This document shows, piece by piece, positions 27,156 to 36,035 of a DNA stretch of 53,577 nt. Under the pieces are notes generated by a model. That model searched no databases and had not been told where the DNA came from. It worked only from the letters and a program-made list of their open reading frames with translations. Origin of the DNA: Phycisphaerae bacterium (lineage in GTDB: Bacteria > Planctomycetota > Phycisphaerae > Sedimentisphaerales > Anaerobacaceae); contig JAABXR010000066.1 in assembly GCA_011776225.1 (NCBI GenBank), positions 1 to 53,577 of the forward strand, read 5' to 3'. How positions within the stretch are numbered: position 1 is the stretch's first letter; every line of letters begins with the position of its first letter. The position numbers and the translations under genes are program-made.

Positions 27156-28994
27156 ATGTCTAACAGGATTGACTTTTTCCAATCGGCTCAAATGCAAATG
27201 GTGCTTCCAGCGTCTTCTATGTCGATTTTTGTAGACGGCAAGTTGTGCCCTTTTCTTGAGCCAGTGGAGATTGTGCGTTCCGGTTGGCCGGAATTTGGCT
27301 GGGCCAGGCTGGTTTACAATCCTGCAGCGTATGCTAACGCCGACTTGGTCGCTGTGGAAAATATTGAGGATATACTTGCTACTGGAGGACGAGTTTACAT
27401 TCGGCAAATTTATAATGGTATTCCGCCGGGAGCAGCGGCTTTTGCTCTTCCTCTCTTTGTTGGTGAAATAGAAGGCATCGATACAAAGATAGTTCGCAAC
27501 GGTGAGAGGGCTGAAATTTTAGCTAAGGATTTTAGCGCGAAACTGAAACGCATAACCGTTTACGGCCAGCGGGTGGGTAACTCAGACGGCACGAGTTTAT
27601 TTTTGGCTGGCGTTGAAACCGCATTTAATCCTGATGGCAAGGCCAATGCCGAACCGGAGCCGATACAACTTGACGGCAAGAGTTATACAACCTTTTGTGC
27701 AGAGCCATCGCAAGGCAGGCTTTGGAGCTACGCGGAAGTGATTGATTACCTTCTATGTGAATATTTGCCGGGCGGCCAATTGCAGACGCCAGGTATCGAG
27801 ATACTTAAGGAACTGGCCGAGAACCAAACAGTTCGCGACCTTGATGTGACCGGATTGAATCTGACAGAGGCTTTGCATCGTTGCTGTGGAAGGATTGGCT
27901 TAAGATTTAAATTTGTTCCCGGGCTTGTACCGACCGGCCCCGGACAGGCGATTGTGTTTTATAAGGATAGTGCCGGCAGAGCAGTCGAGTTAAATTGTCA
28001 GCGTACCGGTGAACAGTTTAGTATATCGAAGACAAATATCGTAACTATGAGCAGCAGGAAAAATTTTTGGCCGGTGACACATAAGTATGTAGGCCAAGGT
28101 GATTTTAAAGTTTATGAAGGGACCTTTGAGCTGGTGAATGCCTGGGATACTGCTGATGAGGATACCGACTATGATAAGTTTTCTCCTTCGACGAATTCTG
28201 ATTTTCACCAGGTTAAGGATGTATATCGTAAGTGGTGTCTCAATGAAGCAGGTGATTATAGCGGCGCTCCATACAACCAGGGCAGTGCGTATGACTTTAC
28301 AAAGGTTTTCGGGGGCGGAAATTTTGCATGTCGTCGCAGGCGCTTTTGGCCGGCCCTGGCCACTGACAAGCAGGGCAAGTCACTGGGCTATTATTTGCAG
28401 GTGTCGTTCGATAACGGTCTGCATTGGTGGCAGTACCTTTATGCTTTCAATAACCTGCTCGATGAATGTGGAATTTGGCTTAGCAGCGACCGGCTTGATG
28501 TTAACACCTGGATAGCAGCACTGAAGGGCGTTTTGAAGTTCAGGATAACTGCATCAGTAGTCAGTGATGAGAGATTGAATTGTGTAGTAGCGGATGGCCC
28601 TGTTGGCTCAACATCTCCTGTAGTTGAACATATAATCACACTACCTCGTCAATTCAAATATCGCAAGGTATCAGGCCATAGTATCTTTGCAAATGCCTAC
28701 GATGATACGCTGGGTGTTCCGGATGAAGTGGATGACTCTGCAGCTTTGTATGAATTCGTGCGGAACAGAGCACAGGTTGGCTCTGAGGTCATCGAGATAA
28801 TATCTGTTCAGACACCGCACCTGATCTTTGATTATAGAGTTGGTGACAAGGTGACTTCCAGCCCTGAGAGCAGAGACCTGCTGGCTTGTAAGAGTGATAA
28901 TCGGAGTACAAGCTGGATAGAGCGGGTACAGATGGATTTTGTAAATCAGTGTACAAATTTGAAAATCGTCCGTAAGAGGATACCACAGTTATGA
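27156..28994 (+). CDS. large hypothetical virion protein (tail hub/nozzle-sized), 612 aa
   Basis: The track ORF starts at TTG 27099. I prefer the ATG at 27156 (MSNRIDFFQ). It is the largest ORF of the block. No family was recognised. Confidence 0.55.
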   Translation: MSNRIDFFQSAQMQMVLPASSMSIFVDGKLCPFLEPVEIVRSGWPEFGWARLVYNPAAYANADLVAVENIEDILATGGRVYIRQIYNGIPPGAAAFALPLFVGEIEGIDTKIVRNGERAEILAKDFSAKLKRITVYGQRVGNSDGTSLFLAGVETAFNPDGKANAEPEPIQLDGKSYTTFCAEPSQGRLWSYAEVIDYLLCEYLPGGQLQTPGIEILKELAENQTVRDLDVTGLNLTEALHRCCGRIGLRFKFVPGLVPTGPGQAIVFYKDSAGRAVELNCQRTGEQFSISKTNIVTMSSRKNFWPVTHKYVGQGDFKVYEGTFELVNAWDTADEDTDYDKFSPSTNSDFHQVKDVYRKWCLNEAGDYSGAPYNQGSAYDFTKVFGGGNFACRRRRFWPALATDKQGKSLGYYLQVSFDNGLHWWQYLYAFNNLLDECGIWLSSDRLDVNTWIAALKGVLKFRITASVVSDERLNCVVADGPVGSTSPVVEHIITLPRQFKYRKVSGHSIFANAYDDTLGVPDEVDDSAALYEFVRNRAQVGSEVIEIISVQTPHLIFDYRVGDKVTSSPESRDLLACKSDNRSTSWIERVQMDFVNQCTNLKIVRKRIPQL

Positions 28995-29326
28995 GTAATG
29001 AGCAAGAGAACACAGGCAGCCGAGAGCTATTGGAAAGGTTAGCCAGAGAAGGCACTCAGGCTGAACGGGAATTATCTATTGTTACCTCACCCGGCGCCAG
29101 AGAGTCTGGTTGGGCGATTAAAGTGAAGAGCCAAAGTTCCTACAATGTATATAACGTCATTGCTGTAGAGATAGGTGATGCCGGATCGTTGCCGGTCGAA
29201 ATCGGCCAGCAGATGCAGGCGGTCAATCTTGCTGAGTCCTTTCTTCAGGAAGGATCGCTGCCTGCGGGGAAATATGCGGTAATGCTTAGGGTCGGTGATA
29301 AGAACGTTTTCTATGCAGAGCCGTGA
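28991..29326 (+). CDS. hypothetical protein, 111 aa
   Basis: Its start overlaps the previous stop (ATGA at 28991-28994). Confidence 0.5.
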   Translation: MSNEQENTGSRELLERLAREGTQAERELSIVTSPGARESGWAIKVKSQSSYNVYNVIAVEIGDAGSLPVEIGQQMQAVNLAESFLQEGSLPAGKYAVMLRVGDKNVFYAEP

Positions 29327-29327
29327 A

Positions 29328-29732
29328 ATGGAAGATGGCAGACGGGAGACAAAAGATGAGAAAAGTATTTCTGAACCTGTACCATTAGGACAGATCCTTC
29401 CGGAAGTAATGAGAAATATAGAGGAACGAGTGGAAGCCAATAGAAAGATGAATGATACTAAATTTGAGAAGTCACGAAGCTGGCAGTTTAATCGGCAGAT
29501 AAATGTATCTGTATTGGTTCAGTTGGTTTTTTTAGCGTCTTTGATTTTGGGTAGCTGGGTTAATTTGCAGAGACAGCTTGACCTGTTACAGCACGATGTA
29601 ACATTGTTGCTTCAGTGCCAGAAGAATTTTGATGTAAAACTGGAATCGCTTTCGGCAACGAGCATTTCCTACGAATATCGCCTTCGTGCGCTCGAAAAAG
29701 CTTTAACTAAAGAGCCGTCGACGGATATTTAG
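29328..29732 (+). CDS. membrane-anchored coiled-coil protein (holin/spanin-like by shape only)
   Basis: The ATG at 29328 lies 1 nt after the previous TGA. It has one TM segment (VSVLVQLVFLASLILGSWV) followed by a heptad-like C-terminus. Confidence 0.45.
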   Translation: MEDGRRETKDEKSISEPVPLGQILPEVMRNIEERVEANRKMNDTKFEKSRSWQFNRQINVSVLVQLVFLASLILGSWVNLQRQLDLLQHDVTLLLQCQKNFDVKLESLSATSISYEYRLRALEKALTKEPSTDI

Positions 29733-29733
29733 G

Positions 29734-30669
29734 GTGAAACATTTTGAATGTGGAAAATTAGACAGGATTATAGGCGGGATATTGAAAAATCTTGTATGTA
29801 AAGGATTATGTCCTGATGGTATATGGCAATTGTCTGATGCCGTGAAATCAGTATTAAGTTATCAGATATCAAGATTGCCAAGACGCGATGTTTCGGAAAC
29901 AGATACTCGCTATCCCGTTAATCCGACAAGCATGCGAGCCTTTTTAAGTGTTTTCTTTACCAGGCATTTTTTCCAATCACAGAATAGTTTAATCGAGTAT
30001 ATGACCTCTCAGGATTTTCTCAATATTGTCGATTCAGGAAACTTACGAATTCTTGATGTAGGTTCAGGGCCTGCGGTTGCTTCTTTAGCAGTCACTGATA
30101 TGCTCGCTTGTCTTCTTGAAAATCTTGAGTATGTAGAAGAATGGCCAAAAGGTAAAACAGTGAAAATAACGTATGTACTAAATGACACCTCAAACATTTG
30201 TCTTGGTACAGGTCAAGATATGTTATGCAATTATTTTCGCATGAGAACAGGACATACCAAGAGTATCATGAACAACCACATGATTAGTATTAATCATGCT
30301 TTCCCTGACAATATGAGCCAACTTCAACGTGTAAGGCTTAACTTTGGTACATACGACATAATAATCTTTTCCTATGTTATATTGCCATTAAATGAAGAAA
30401 ACGGATTTAGTGGCCTTGTTGATGGATTGTTGAATATCGAAAGGCTATGTAGTCACAGGGGAAGAGTGCTGGTTCTGCAAGATAAGTTTCAGACAACACT
30501 AGTACTACGAATGAGCAAAGCAATAGGGGTTTCAAGCGAAAAACAGGTACTAACACAGCAGGTGTATCCGAAGAGAAATGATAACGAGGTTTATACTTAT
30601 GTGTATAACCGTTGTTTGTATGCAACAGTCGTGAAAAGAAAGATAGTTAGACAGAGTTCCATTGCGTAA
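29734..30669 (+). CDS. class I SAM-dependent methyltransferase, substrate unknown
   Basis: 311 aa with a GTG start 1 nt after the previous stop. Motif I is LRILDVGSGPAVASL, with an acidic post-beta2 residue (YVLNDTS). The gene is visibly A+T-rich compared with the structural genes. Confidence 0.65.
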   Translation: MKHFECGKLDRIIGGILKNLVCKGLCPDGIWQLSDAVKSVLSYQISRLPRRDVSETDTRYPVNPTSMRAFLSVFFTRHFFQSQNSLIEYMTSQDFLNIVDSGNLRILDVGSGPAVASLAVTDMLACLLENLEYVEEWPKGKTVKITYVLNDTSNICLGTGQDMLCNYFRMRTGHTKSIMNNHMISINHAFPDNMSQLQRVRLNFGTYDIIIFSYVILPLNEENGFSGLVDGLLNIERLCSHRGRVLVLQDKFQTTLVLRMSKAIGVSSEKQVLTQQVYPKRNDNEVYTYVYNRCLYATVVKRKIVRQSSIA

Positions 30670-30672
30670 CTG

Positions 30673-31767
30673 TTACCAGACGACACAGTTGCATTTTTTG
30701 GGTTCGCAGCGTTTTTTAAAGATCTTCCAGATTTCGCGCGTTTCTCTGCAGAGGCTGATAGATACTTTTTTGTCGAAGCTGCGAATCAAATCAATGAGAA
30801 AGGAGTAGAAAATGATACGCTCTTTGAGTGGGTAACGCAGTTTACCATCGGTGGCACCTTTAACGAAGTTATGGTCAAAGAGCTCTCGAGCGGGATCGCC
30901 ATATGCATCAGAGGCAAGGTGAAAATGAGCCGGTAGAAGCCTTAACATGCCGAGTGTGATGTTTTCGGGCGTGGTTTTAGTTAATGTTTTCTCGATTAGC
31001 TCGGCGTAGCCAACCTGCCAGTTTTGATAGAGAATACCGGGATCAATACGAAATCGTATGCGCCAGCCTTTGTCCTGACAGATTTTAGCAGCTCTTATTC
31101 GCTCGCTGAGATTGGATGTACCCGATTCGTAAAGTTCAATCGGCTCTTTAGCGTTGAGGCTCCAGGAAACGACTGTATGTTCATTCGGCTCGATGGAAAG
31201 CAGATTGTCGATATTGCTGCTTTTGGTTAACAGCATCAGATAAGCATTGGAAAAACCGGAGAAAAATGGAACTAACTTACTCGCAAGAATGGTTATGTGG
31301 TCGAGTGCGAGACTATCGAGCATCTCTCCCATGTTGAAACTGATTTTGTTTGGTGTGAGGGAAATTGTCTTTCGAATTTGTTTGAACATTGTGTCGTAGT
31401 TGATATTTATCTTGATGAATGGGGAGTACTTGCGATACACGAAAGCCAGATAACAATATGTACAATAATAGGGGCAGCCATTCGAGATGGGCACCAGTTT
31501 ATAATATGGACAACAATGAAGGTTAGTTCCAAGTCGGCCGTCGAACCTTCCTATGAATGATGAGGTCTGACCTATCATCAAGGTTCTTTTTCCGGCGAGC
31601 AATGCCTGGGCGGAAGACATCTCTGGTGAAGGGGGCTTGCGTTGATGTTCTATTATTCGCACTTGGGCAGAAGGAAATAACCTCATGATTCGCTGAGCCT
31701 CAGGATTGTCTACCACTTTTTGCCACAAGAGTATAGTCTTGGGTATGAATGTTTTTGCTGTGTCCAT
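30673..31767 (-). CDS. radical SAM enzyme of the spore-photoproduct-lyase (SplB/COG1533-like) family
   Basis: 364 aa with a CX3CX2C cluster motif (GCPYYCTYCYL). The layout is colinear with SPL as I recall it: KRTLMIGQ...CxxxCxxC...GTSNLSERIRAAKICQDKGW. It is convergent with the methyltransferase, 3 nt apart. Confidence 0.6.
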   Translation of the reverse strand: MDTAKTFIPKTILLWQKVVDNPEAQRIMRLFPSAQVRIIEHQRKPPSPEMSSAQALLAGKRTLMIGQTSSFIGRFDGRLGTNLHCCPYYKLVPISNGCPYYCTYCYLAFVYRKYSPFIKININYDTMFKQIRKTISLTPNKISFNMGEMLDSLALDHITILASKLVPFFSGFSNAYLMLLTKSSNIDNLLSIEPNEHTVVSWSLNAKEPIELYESGTSNLSERIRAAKICQDKGWRIRFRIDPGILYQNWQVGYAELIEKTLTKTTPENITLGMLRLLPAHFHLASDAYGDPARELFDHNFVKGATDGKLRYPLKERIIFYSFLIDLIRSFDKKVSISLCRETREIWKIFKKRCEPKKCNCVVW

Positions 31768-31844
31768 ATGTGAATTTCCTGTATCGAACTTAGAGAAGTA
31801 TTATAACGGAATAATGTAAAATTCATCCAGAATAAAGGAGAGAA

Positions 31845-32429
31845 ATGATGAGGCGAATTTTATCGATTCTAATTGTAATGTTCTTTTTATTGACCGGTTG
31901 TAATAGTTTGCGTTTTGCGCCGGGCGAGGCCCAAAAGCAAAACGCATGGCTGCACAGTCGAACGACGGCAATCGCTGCGGCGACAGCCGAAGAGGAAGCC
32001 GCTACGGAAAAACTGCAGGCGCTGACCAAACTGTCACAGCTTCAGAGCAAGGCCATCACGTCGTATTACGGTTTGCCGAAGGAACTGCCTCAGGCAGATA
32101 CTGCCGAGCAAATACTTAGTGAGTCGAACTGGCAGCTTGGACGAATGGCTCTGGTCGAGTCGTCGGAGCGGCCCGATGCCTGGCAGGTGGCTGATAACGC
32201 TCTGGAATTGGGTATAGGTATCTGTGCTTTGCTGGGGGGAGTGTATGGCACAAGGGCGGTTCGGTTCCTTAAGCAGGCCAGGACAAAGTCGAAGGCTCTA
32301 CAGGAAATTATCGCCGGCAATGAGCTTTTCAAAAAGGACAACAATTCTTCTGTTGTTGCCTTCAAACAGGCACACCATAGTCAGTCACAACAGACTCGTC
32401 AGATTGTTGCGGAGATGAAAAGTAGTTAG
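31845..32429 (+). CDS. lipoprotein, unknown function
   Basis: 194 aa with a lipobox (FFLLTGC), Ala/Glu/Gln-rich helical regions and one internal hydrophobic segment. Confidence 0.5.
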   Translation: MMRRILSILIVMFFLLTGCNSLRFAPGEAQKQNAWLHSRTTAIAAATAEEEAATEKLQALTKLSQLQSKAITSYYGLPKELPQADTAEQILSESNWQLGRMALVESSERPDAWQVADNALELGIGICALLGGVYGTRAVRFLKQARTKSKALQEIIAGNELFKKDNNSSVVAFKQAHHSQSQQTRQIVAEMKSS

Positions 32430-32518
32430 CCCCTCGCGGTGCTATGAAGGAATGTACCGAAATCGCGAACCAGAATGTTGAATGTTTAAGTCGGCGAAGG
32501 AAACCACTGACAGATTTT

Positions 32519-32857
32519 TTAGGCCTGGGATTGGCCTGACTTTTCGGTTTTGATCAGTTTTACTACGAAACCGATGGCTAGGCATATAGCACCGATGAGA
32601 ATCAGCAGTATAGCGGGAATCATCATGGCAATCGCCAGCTTTGACGCGCTGGGCAGAATCGCTGCAAATGCGATTGCGGCGATTGCCATAAGCAGACCCA
32701 GCAGGAGCAGCTTGTTCGGCACTGAGCGAACGGCAAGGATTGTCAGAAAGCTTAGGCCTATGAAGGCCGCCGAGGAAAAGAAAAGCGCTGTCACTAACTC
32801 ACCATCTATACGTGCTACAAGTGTGGATACCATCTTTATTCTCCTAATTCGATACAA
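32519..32857 (-). CDS. small integral membrane protein (3-4 TM)
   Basis: 112 aa, almost entirely hydrophobic helices. No family was recognised. Confidence 0.45.
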   Translation of the reverse strand: MYRIRRIKMVSTLVARIDGELVTALFFSSAAFIGLSFLTILAVRSVPNKLLLLGLLMAIAAIAFAAILPSASKLAIAMMIPAILLILIGAICLAIGFVVKLIKTEKSGQSQA

Positions 32858-33065
32858 AACGGACGTCCGAGAGCGCTATTGCCCGGATCTTGTAGGATTA
32901 AAATATCAAGTCCGGCTTGAGCATGCAACGTTTTTCTGTCCTTTGTCTGCTTTGGAACGGCAGAGGAGGATTGACCTATGGGGGTGATTTTGATAATGTT
33001 GTCTCGAAGTTGACCGTCGAAGAAGTATTGAATCGGATACAAGGAAAGAGTATCAAGAGTCGAGC

Positions 33066-33350
33066 ATGATTATCGGTGTAATGAAAGCTGAGATTTACAT
33101 GCAGGGAGTTACCTCGCTGAAGGGAAAGCGAAGCATCGTTAAGTCTTTGCTCGGCCGACTGAAGAGCAGGTTCAATGTTTCCGTTTCGGAGGTTGACAAT
33201 CAGGATGAAAAGACACGCGCGGTTATTGGGATAGCATTGATCTCGAATGAAACCCGTTTTATAGACCAGCAGTTCGATACAATTATTAACTTTATGCAGA
33301 GAGACGGCCGGTTTTACCTCGGGCAAGTTGAGCGGGAAACTTTTTCCTGA
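33066..33350 (+). CDS. DUF503 (YlxP-like) protein
   Basis: 94 aa. MIIGVMKAEIYMQGVTSLKGKRSIVKSL..RLKSRFNVSVSEVDNQD is typical of DUF503. Confidence 0.7.
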   Translation: MIIGVMKAEIYMQGVTSLKGKRSIVKSLLGRLKSRFNVSVSEVDNQDEKTRAVIGIALISNETRFIDQQFDTIINFMQRDGRFYLGQVERETFS

Positions 33351-33386
33351 TGTAATGCCTTTGTGCTATGGCACCTATGTGGCCTC

Positions 33387-34421
33387 TTAGAGAATCCTGT
33401 ATGCGATAAAACTTGCGCAGAAGATGATATCAACCGAGATTGCTAAAGATAGAATAAGCCACCGCAGTGTAGTTAGTCGCAGTTTTGCACGTGCCATGAA
33501 AAATATCACGGCTGTCGTGATTGCACCGAGTATATACAGTTTTGCGGTTTGAGTCAGCAACCTTGCGTATTTTGCCCCGAGTCCTGCAAAGATGTTGTGG
33601 TATTTTGTCGCCAGGAGCAGGGTAATAATGGCAAGGGTTGCCATAATCCCTGTAGTAATCAGGATCCATTTTCTGTCGGCATAACCGGCCAGGGCAAATC
33701 CCTGTATGCCCGTACCAATCAGTATCGAGCAGCACAGAACAGGGATGGTCAGCCATAGAATCGGGCTGATATTGAAGAGGGGGCCCCAGAAAGCTAATAT
33801 TGTGCCAATAGCACAGATTGCTATTATGCCGAACCGCCGGGCTTTCAGGAGCATGGATGAGCCAAGAATCAGTGCAGCTATAGGGACATGGTAGAAGCCG
33901 ACCAGAGGCATTGTTCTCTCAAGCGCGACGAGCGGAGCCAAAAGGCCGGCTAAGTCGGCTAAATGTAACTTGGTGTGTATCGGGATTGGGAACAGGTGGT
34001 ATTGAACCGATATTTGGAAAGCAAGCCATATCACCAAAAACGGCAGGGCTGAGAGCGGCGCGCTTATCCACCACAACTTTCTTTTCGAGCAAAACGCAGC
34101 CGGACAAAGCAGCCATGGTATACTTGCTGCTAAAAGACCGACTGATGGGTGGAAGCCGGACAGCCAAAGCCCGAAGGGCCCGAAACCATAGAGGGCCCCT
34201 GCGAAAAATGAGCCGGCAAACGAAGACACCCACCGCCGACTCAGTACAAAACAGCCCAGAGCTGCCAGGCAAGCGTTTACAACCACGAGGTATTGAACAA
34301 ACTTTTTGAAATGCGGCTGAAACAGACAGAAAGCAAGGCATGCGTAGATGCCCGCTGATACAACGAACTTAGAGAACGTTATTTTGGATTTGTGACTATC
34401 GATTTTCAATCCGCAAGTCAC
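33387..34421 (-). CDS. polytopic membrane protein, unknown function
   Basis: 344 aa with ~9-10 hydrophobic helices and a GTG start. No family was recognised. Confidence 0.5.
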   Translation of the reverse strand: MTCGLKIDSHKSKITFSKFVVSAGIYACLAFCLFQPHFKKFVQYLVVVNACLAALGCFVLSRRWVSSFAGSFFAGALYGFGPFGLWLSGFHPSVGLLAASIPWLLCPAAFCSKRKLWWISAPLSALPFLVIWLAFQISVQYHLFPIPIHTKLHLADLAGLLAPLVALERTMPLVGFYHVPIAALILGSSMLLKARRFGIIAICAIGTILAFWGPLFNISPILWLTIPVLCCSILIGTGIQGFALAGYADRKWILITTGIMATLAIITLLLATKYHNIFAGLGAKYARLLTQTAKLYILGAITTAVIFFMARAKLRLTTLRWLILSLAISVDIIFCASFIAYRIL

Positions 34422-34458
34422 AGCCTTTTACATTTTAGTAATATTTTGTAAAGCCTGA

Positions 34459-35946
34459 TTAAAGTGGAATTTTCGTTTCTATTATCTTCTTTGCAGGTGC
34501 TTTCTCTACATCCACTATATCTATTACTGATTTGGGACGAGCTTGTTTTGGGCATTCACCAGTCCAACAATACAGGCAAAGCTTTTCTTTAGGCAGCCCA
34601 ATGGCCTCAACCATATCATCAACGTCTTGGTATCTAAGCGTGGAGACATCTAAATCCTTCTTGATCCATTCCACCATCCTTTTGTATTTTTCACTGTTTG
34701 TATCGATATATTTTGACACATTTTTTAGGTCATGGCCTTCCAGGCTGCGAATGGCTCTGCGGGCGGCGAGCTCATGGATAGAGCGTGTGGAAAGGTTGAA
34801 CCTGCATGGAAACATCAGAGGAGGGCAGGCGGGCCTTACGTGTACTTCTTTGGCGCCGCAATCCCAGAGTTTCTTTATGGTAAAGTTCTTAAGCTGCGTT
34901 CCCCTAACTATAGAATCTTCGCAGACAACAATGCTGTTACCCTTAATGACCTCTTTGATGGGGATGAGTTTCATCTTTGCGATAAGGTCGCGTGTCTGTT
35001 GTGAAGGTGGCGTATAACTTCTGCCGTATCCGGGCGTATATTTTACAAGAGGCCGTCTGAATGGTTTACCGGATTCCATCGCATACCCTAATCCGTGGGC
35101 AGCTCCGGAGTCAGGAACTCCCGAGACCACGTCGACGTTAATATCCTTGTCGCGTTTTGCAAGGCAGCGGCCGCATCTTTCTCTGACGATTTCTACGTTT
35201 ATTCCTTCATAGTTTGACGCGGGGAAGCCGGTGTATATCCATAGAAAGGCACAAATTTGGTTTATATTTCCTTTACTTGGCCTTCTTTGGACTATTCCAT
35301 CTTCATTGATCAGGATTATCTCTCCCGGTTCAAGATATTTTGCTATCTCAAAGTCATTATTTGGAAAAGCGCAGGTCTCGCTCGTGATCGCCCATGCGTC
35401 TTCCCGCTTACCTATTATAAGTGGCGTATATCCATATCTGTCTCTTGCGGCATATATGCCGGCCCGATGCAGCAACATCAGTGAACAGGAGCCTTCTATA
35501 ACATCAAACATTTTCTCTATGCCATCAACCAGGTCATTTCCTTGGCTGATTAGTTTTGCAATCAACTCGGTGGTATTGACCGCTTTTGTGCTTACCTCAC
35601 TGAAGGAGATTCCTTTCTTTAACAGCTTTACTGCCAATTCCTCAGTGTTTTCTATGATTCCGTTGGTAATTATACAAAACGGCCCAAATTGTGAGTTCAG
35701 ATAAATAGGCTGTTCTTCGGACGCGCTTATTACACCGATGCCCTTGTTGCCTTTCATGTACTTATAGTCGTCATAAAATTTGGACTTGAACTGGCTCTGG
35801 CTCACGTCATGTATCTGGCGCGTGAAATCCTCTCCAAGCACCGCCAAACCTCCATACTCGGTTCCGAGATGCGAATGATAATCTGTGCTGTAGAGAAGAG
35901 TTTCTGCGCAGTCACCCTTTGAGACTACTCCAAAGATGCCGCTCAT
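34459..35946 (-). CDS. amidophosphoribosyltransferase paralog lacking the N-terminal nucleophile Cys (MSGIFG)
   Basis: 495 aa with a perfect SD (AAGGAGGT) 5 nt before the ATG. The Ntn-GATase-like N-domain starts Met-Ser-Gly-Ile-Phe-Gly. The PRTase motif is VVCEDSIVRGTQ. Fe-S-type cysteines are retained (CAFLW, CPPLMFPC, CLYCWTGEC). Confidence 0.7.
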   Translation of the reverse strand: MSGIFGVVSKGDCAETLLYSTDYHSHLGTEYGGLAVLGEDFTRQIHDVSQSQFKSKFYDDYKYMKGNKGIGVISASEEQPIYLNSQFGPFCIITNGIIENTEELAVKLLKKGISFSEVSTKAVNTTELIAKLISQGNDLVDGIEKMFDVIEGSCSLMLLHRAGIYAARDRYGYTPLIIGKREDAWAITSETCAFPNNDFEIAKYLEPGEIILINEDGIVQRRPSKGNINQICAFLWIYTGFPASNYEGINVEIVRERCGRCLAKRDKDINVDVVSGVPDSGAAHGLGYAMESGKPFRRPLVKYTPGYGRSYTPPSQQTRDLIAKMKLIPIKEVIKGNSIVVCEDSIVRGTQLKNFTIKKLWDCGAKEVHVRPACPPLMFPCRFNLSTRSIHELAARRAIRSLEGHDLKNVSKYIDTNSEKYKRMVEWIKKDLDVSTLRYQDVDDMVEAIGLPKEKLCLYCWTGECPKQARPKSVIDIVDVEKAPAKKIIETKIPL

Positions 35947-36035
35947 GTTTACCTCCTTTGTGATATGCGATTTTCGTTCTGAGTGCTTAGCGACGTTGCT
36001 AAGTCATGTAATTGCCACCTTTTGTCATCCATAGG

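Larger units (their letters stand above)
18058..30669 (+). mobile_element. phage-derived virion-structure operon (cryptic prophage remnant or domesticated particle locus), terminase-less
   Basis: 15 co-directional ORFs with minimal gaps and several stop/start overlaps in portal-scaffold-capsid order. There are no host-type functions until the terminal methyltransferase. No integrase or terminase was seen in the window. Confidence 0.6.

Noticed and set aside
30673-31767. The radical SAM gene could be the missing partner of the Memo-type AmmeMemoRadiSam protein B at 3342..4223.
   Set aside because: It is 26 kb away. Its layout is SPL/COG1533-like rather than the PflA-like AmmeMemoRadiSam protein A type.
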